A stretch of 64,000 bases of DNA from an uncultured Pelagibacteraceae bacterium (GTDB taxonomy: Bacteria; Pseudomonadota; Alphaproteobacteria; Pelagibacterales; Pelagibacteraceae): assembly GCA_902604605.1 (NCBI GenBank), contig CACKZI010000001.1:42863-106862 (forward strand). Reading direction: 5' to 3'. The notes beneath the pieces are model-generated. The model searched no databases, had not been told where the DNA came from, and saw nothing but the letters and a program-made list of their open reading frames with translations. Positions 59,523 to 64,000 of the stretch are shown here, in pieces; the first letter of the stretch is position 1, and each line of letters begins with the position of its first letter. Made by a program: the position numbers and the translations under genes.

Positions 59523-60519
59523 GTTTTTTAGACCATTTCCCTTGAGCTGCTAAAGTATTCATTTTTGCTCTATGATTAAATACTTTTTGAGTACCTTCAA
59601 TATTTTGAATATTTTTTGACCAAAATTTTAAGGCACTTTGCTGTAGTGCTCGTCCATAAGAAAAACTCAAAATAAAATTTGAGTTGTTAATTTTATTTAA
59701 TAAATTTAAATTTTCTGTTGCCTCTAGCTCAGACTGTCCACCAGATAAAAAGGCTATTCCAGGCACCTCTGAAGGTACTGAGTTTATTAAACAATCTAAA
59801 GTTAATTTTGCAACTTCTTCGTTAGAAATTTTTTCTTTTGATTTGTTCCCAGCTAAAATCATATTGGGTTTTAATATAATTCCTTTTAAATCAACCTTGT
59901 GTAAAATAAGCTCTTCAAAACATTTTTTGATAACTTCGGATGTTTTTTGATAACAAACTTTCGCTGAATGGTCTCCATCCATTAATACTTCTGGCTCAAC
60001 AATTGGTACCATATTACACTCCTGAACTAACGCTGAGTACCTAGCTAAAGCGTGTGCATTAGACTCTATAGATAGTCTACTTGGAAAATTTTTTGATATA
60101 TTATAAACACCTCTCCATTTTGTAAACTTTGCACCAAGCTTATAATATTCTTTTAACCTTTCCCTTAAACCATCCAAGCCTTCTGTAATTTTTTCATCTT
60201 TTGAACCTGCTAAAGTTTTTGCACCTGTATCAACTTTTATACCTGGAGCAGAACCCATTTTTGAAATTAATTCTGGTATATTATTTTTTTTGGATGTTTC
60301 TTGTTTAATTGTTTCATCATATAAAATTACACCTCCTATACATTCAGTCATGCTTGATGAACTAAACAAGGTTTCTCTAAATAATAATCTGTTCTCTGGA
60401 GTAGAGGAAACATTTACACTCTCTAATCTTTTTGTCATTGTTCCAGTGCTTTCGTCAGCAGCTAGAATACCTTTTCCTTTTTCTAAAATTTTAATTGCTA
60501 TGTTATTTAGTTCTGACAT
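59512..60519 (-). CDS. fba: Class I fructose-bisphosphate aldolase
   Basis: GILAADES, GIKVD, KWR, VPIVEPEV, LKPNM, FLSGGQ, SYGRALQ. Confidence 0.96.
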   Translation of the reverse strand: MSELNNIAIKILEKGKGILAADESTGTMTKRLESVNVSSTPENRLLFRETLFSSSSMTECIGGVILYDETIKQETSKKNNIPELISKMGSAPGIKVDTGAKTLAGSKDEKITEGLDGLRERLKEYYKLGAKFTKWRGVYNISKNFPSRLSIESNAHALARYSALVQECNMVPIVEPEVLMDGDHSAKVCYQKTSEVIKKCFEELILHKVDLKGIILKPNMILAGNKSKEKISNEEVAKLTLDCLINSVPSEVPGIAFLSGGQSELEATENLNLLNKINNSNFILSFSYGRALQQSALKFWSKNIQNIEGTQKVFNHRAKMNTLAAQGKWSKKLEI

Positions 60520-60520
60520 G

Positions 60521-61699
60521 TTAGTTTAAAGCTTTTATACCAGGAAGTTCTTTTCCTTCAAGGTATTCTAAAAATGCACCACCAGCAGTTGAAACAAAAT
60601 TAAAATCTTCAATGGCATTCACTTGATTTATTAAAGCTACTGTGTCTCCACCGCCAGCAACAGAGAAAATTGATTTATCTTTATTTTTTTTTATAATTGT
60701 TTTTGCTATTTCATAACTTCCATTTGCAAAATTTGGATTCTCGAAATAACCTGCAGGACCATTCCACAGAACAGTTTTGCTATTTTCAATAATAACTTTA
60801 ATTTTGTTTATTGTTTTTGGTCCAATATCTAAGATTAAGTCATTATCAGTTATGTCATCTATTTCTTTTATTTGTGACTTATCATTAATATTTTTCCCAA
60901 CTAAAACATCCTCTGGATAAGTTATTATACAAGAATACTTATTAGAGGTTTTAAAAATTTCATTAATAATCATTTCACAGTTTTCTTCTTTTATCGATTT
61001 CCCTATTTGTTTTCCTTTGTGGAGAAGAATATTGTTGGCCATTCCTCCTACAATGATAATATTATCAAATTTAGGTATTAAATTTTTTATAACTCCAATT
61101 TTAGTTGAAATTTTTGACCCTCCAATAATACAAGTAACTGGTTTTTTAATTTCTGTAGTAACTTTTTTTAATGCGTTTATTTCAGTTTCTAATTGTAACC
61201 CAGCGAACGAGGGTAAAAATTCTGTAATTTTACAAATAGATGCGTGAGCTCTATGTGAACAAGAAAATGCGTCATTAACAAATAGGTCTGCAAGCCCAGC
61301 TAAATGTTTAGAGAAATTTAAGTCATTTTTTTCTTCTTCTTCATAAAATCTAATATTTTCTAAAAAAACTATCTGGTCTTGAGGGTCTTTAAATAAATCT
61401 CCTTTTTTTAATTTGAAAATATCTTGATTTATAATTTTGATTTTTCTTTTAATCTTTTTTTCTAAACTTTCGCAAATCGGTTTAAGGGAAAGTTTTTTGT
61501 CTACCTTTCCTTTAGGCCGTCCAATGTGAGAAATTACAATAATCTTTGAATCTTTTTTTAATAAAAATTCAATTATTGGTATGATTTTATTAATTCTTGT
61601 TTGATCTGTAATTATTCCATTTTTTAATGGAACATTTAAATCTAATCTTAATAAAACTTTCTTTTGATTAAGATTTTCATGGTCTTTAATATTTTTCAT
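60521..61699 (-). CDS. pgk: Phosphoglycerate kinase
   Basis: RLDLNVP, ENIRF, NDAF, WNGP, STAGGAFLE. Confidence 0.97.
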   Translation of the reverse strand: MKNIKDHENLNQKKVLLRLDLNVPLKNGIITDQTRINKIIPIIEFLLKKDSKIIVISHIGRPKGKVDKKLSLKPICESLEKKIKRKIKIINQDIFKLKKGDLFKDPQDQIVFLENIRFYEEEEKNDLNFSKHLAGLADLFVNDAFSCSHRAHASICKITEFLPSFAGLQLETEINALKKVTTEIKKPVTCIIGGSKISTKIGVIKNLIPKFDNIIIVGGMANNILLHKGKQIGKSIKEENCEMIINEIFKTSNKYSCIITYPEDVLVGKNINDKSQIKEIDDITDNDLILDIGPKTINKIKVIIENSKTVLWNGPAGYFENPNFANGSYEIAKTIIKKNKDKSIFSVAGGGDTVALINQVNAIEDFNFVSTAGGAFLEYLEGKELPGIKALN

Positions 61700-62700
61700 T
61701 AAGAAATTTTATGAAGATATTCTGCAACATCACACATTCTATTCGAAAAACCCCATTCATTATCGTACCAAGCAGATATTTTACCCATTTTTTTACCCAC
61801 TACGTTTGTCAAACTTGCATCAACAATTGATGAAGCAGGATCATGATTGAAATCAATAGACACAAGTTTTTCTTTAGTTATTTTTAGAATTTTGTTTTTT
61901 TTACTAAAATTTTTAAATGCCAAATTAATTTTATCAATACTTAAATCTTTTTTTGCAGTAAATACTAGTTCAATTAAAGAAACATTTGGAGTAGGCACTC
62001 TCATTGCTACACCTTCTAATTTCCCTTTAAGAGATGGTATAATTTCACCAATTGCTTTAGACGCACCAGTTGAAGTTGGCACAATAGACTGGCTGGCTGA
62101 TCTAGCCCTTCTTGGATCTTTATGAGAATTATCTAAAATTCTTTGATCGCTTGTGAAAGCATGGATTGTAGTCATAAAGCCTTTTTCAATTTCAAAACTT
62201 TTATTTAAAACATGAGCCACAGGTGCAAGACAATTTGTTGTACATGATGCAGCAGAAATGATTTTATCACTTTTTTTTAATTCAGACTCATTAACACCAA
62301 ATACAATAGTTTTGTCAGCATTTTTACATGGAGCTGAAACAATAACTTTTTTTGCCCCATTTTTTAGATGAGGTATTAGTTTATCTTTAGAATTAAATTT
62401 ACCTGTACATTCAAAAACATAATCAACATTATGTTTACTCCAATTAATATTATTTAAATTAGTCTCTTGACTAAAAGTAATTTTATTTTTGTTAATAATT
62501 AGATGTTTATCATCATGATCTATTTGAGCATTAAATTTTCCATGAATAGAGTCATATTTTAAAAGAGTTGAACAAGCTTCAGAACTTGTTCTATTATTTA
62601 TGTGTTTTATTTCTATATTTTTGTAATTGTTTTCAATTATAGATCGAATAATCATTCTTCCTATTCTACCCATTCCATTAATTCCAACTTTTATCTTCAT
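61699..62700 (-). CDS. gap: Glyceraldehyde-3-phosphate dehydrogenase, type I
   Basis: INGMGRIGR, ASCTTNCL, WYDNEWGF. Confidence 0.97.
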   Translation of the reverse strand: MKIKVGINGMGRIGRMIIRSIIENNYKNIEIKHINNRTSSEACSTLLKYDSIHGKFNAQIDHDDKHLIINKNKITFSQETNLNNINWSKHNVDYVFECTGKFNSKDKLIPHLKNGAKKVIVSAPCKNADKTIVFGVNESELKKSDKIISAASCTTNCLAPVAHVLNKSFEIEKGFMTTIHAFTSDQRILDNSHKDPRRARSASQSIVPTSTGASKAIGEIIPSLKGKLEGVAMRVPTPNVSLIELVFTAKKDLSIDKINLAFKNFSKKNKILKITKEKLVSIDFNHDPASSIVDASLTNVVGKKMGKISAWYDNEWGFSNRMCDVAEYLHKIS

Positions 62701-64000
62701 AATTTTTCTTTAATTTTCTTAATTATATTTTCTGAATTAATTTCAAAATAATTATAAATCTCTTTATAAGGTGCGCTTTTACCAAAATCATCAATTCCAA
62801 AATTTAACCCATCAACGCCTGTGTATTTTTTCCAATAATGAGTTTCAGAAGCCTCTATAGAAACAACAAGTTTTGACTCATTTAATATCTTATTTTTATA
62901 GCCTTCACTTTGTTGATCAAATATTTTTTGACAAGGCATTGATATTATTTTTGAATAAATGCCATCTGTGGCTAATTTATGACTTATATCGCACGCTAGA
63001 CTAGTTTCAGATCCAGTTGAGATAATTGTTACACTTATATTGTCACCAGTTCTTAAAACTTCATAAGCCCCAGAAGATGATTCATTTTTGGAAGAATTTT
63101 TTAATCTTACTGGATTAATTCCTTGTCTGGTTAAAGCTATGACGCTTGGAGTGTCTTTACTTTCAAGTGCCAATTGCCAACATTCAAAAGTTTCAATAAG
63201 ATCTGAGGGTCTAAAGACATTCAAATTTGGAATTGACCTTAGACTTGTTAATTGTTCTATCGGCTGATGAGTAGGTCCATCTTCACCCAAACCAATTGAG
63301 TCATGAGTGAATATATATATTACCCTCTGCTTCATCATTGCAGCTAATCTTATTGAAGGTTTACAATAATCACTGAATATTAAAAAAGTTCCGCCATAAG
63401 GAATTAAGTTACTATGCAGTGCAATCCCATTCATTATACCACACATAGCATGTTCTCTAACTCCATAATGAATATAGTTTCCTGAAAAATTACCTGGTTT
63501 AATGATTTTATGATTTTTTGTTTTTGTATTATTTGAACCAGCTAAATCAGCTGAACCACCAATCAAATTTGGTAATTTAGATACAATATCTAAAAACATT
63601 TCAGAGGTTTTTCTTGTAGCAATCGGTTTTAAATTTTTTAGATATTCATTTTTTGTTTTTTCAATTAAGTTTCTTTGAATATTTAAATTATTATTTAAAA
63701 TTTTTTTAAATTTGCTTTTATGCTTTTTAGCTTTTTGCTCAGCTTTTTTTCCAATTTTTCTCCATTCATTTAATAAATTATTTGGAATTTGAAAAGGTTC
63801 AAAATTCCATTTTAATTTTTTTCTTACTAATTTAATTTCTTCCTCACCTAAAGGGCTGCCATGTGATGATTCCTTGCCTCCTTTGTTAGGAGATCCGTAA
63901 CCAATCGTTGTTTTGCAAGAAATTGCAATAGGTCTTTTAGATTTTTGAGCTTTATTTAATGCTATTGAAATTTCTTTGTAATTGTGACCATTTATTTTTA
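62697..64000 (-). CDS. tkt: Housekeeping transketolase, 5' part outside window
   Basis: Frame open to the window edge (INGHN...TTIGYGSPNK...SSHGSPL), GSADL, YGVREH, THDSIGLGEDGPTHQP. Confidence 0.96.
   Translation of the reverse strand, partial: KINGHNYKEISIALNKAQKSKRPIAISCKTTIGYGSPNKGGKESSHGSPLGEEEIKLVRKKLKWNFEPFQIPNNLLNEWRKIGKKAEQKAKKHKSKFKKILNNNLNIQRNLIEKTKNEYLKNLKPIATRKTSEMFLDIVSKLPNLIGGSADLAGSNNTKTKNHKIIKPGNFSGNYIHYGVREHAMCGIMNGIALHSNLIPYGGTFLIFSDYCKPSIRLAAMMKQRVIYIFTHDSIGLGEDGPTHQPIEQLTSLRSIPNLNVFRPSDLIETFECWQLALESKDTPSVIALTRQGINPVRLKNSSKNESSSGAYEVLRTGDNISVTIISTGSETSLACDISHKLATDGIYSKIISMPCQKIFDQQSEGYKNKILNESKLVVSIEASETHYWKKYTGVDGLNFGIDDFGKSAPYKEIYNYFEINSENIIKKIKEKL

Overview
Very AT-rich alphaproteobacterial DNA. 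The gene order, tiny intergenic spacers and stand-alone 5S rRNA point to SAR11/Pelagibacterales; this is inferred, not searched. Bases 1 to about 47,200 form a cell-surface glycan island, probably the right part of the rRNA-bounded hypervariable region HVR2. It carries two SGNH paralogs, an EPS-type MarR regulator with a palindromic operator, and a non-luminescent LuxE/LuxC, acyl-CoA ligase, ACP, FabZ/FabG-like, radical SAM and split transketolase operon running into neuB/neuC. It also carries a class-II cobalamin riboswitch with a BtuB-like receptor beside a B12-dependent radical SAM enzyme, GDP-fucose genes (one gmd paralog frameshifted at an A8 tract), many GT2/GT4/GT-C glycosyltransferases, a UbiA/DprE1/DprE2 polyprenyl-phospho-arabinose pathway, a GMC oxidoreductase preceded by an unannotated 53-aa twin-arginine microprotein, and an O-antigen ligase. 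After the 5S gene come rpmJ, a small cytochrome oxidase subunit IV, pntAB, tal, a four-gene glycosylation mini-island, tRNA-fMet, an rpsU that must start at ATT behind a perfect SD, and core genes (trcR, rpmE, suhB, efp, thiE, fba, pgk, gap, partial tkt). No CRISPR, transposase or integrase was seen. Product calls rest on motif recognition only.
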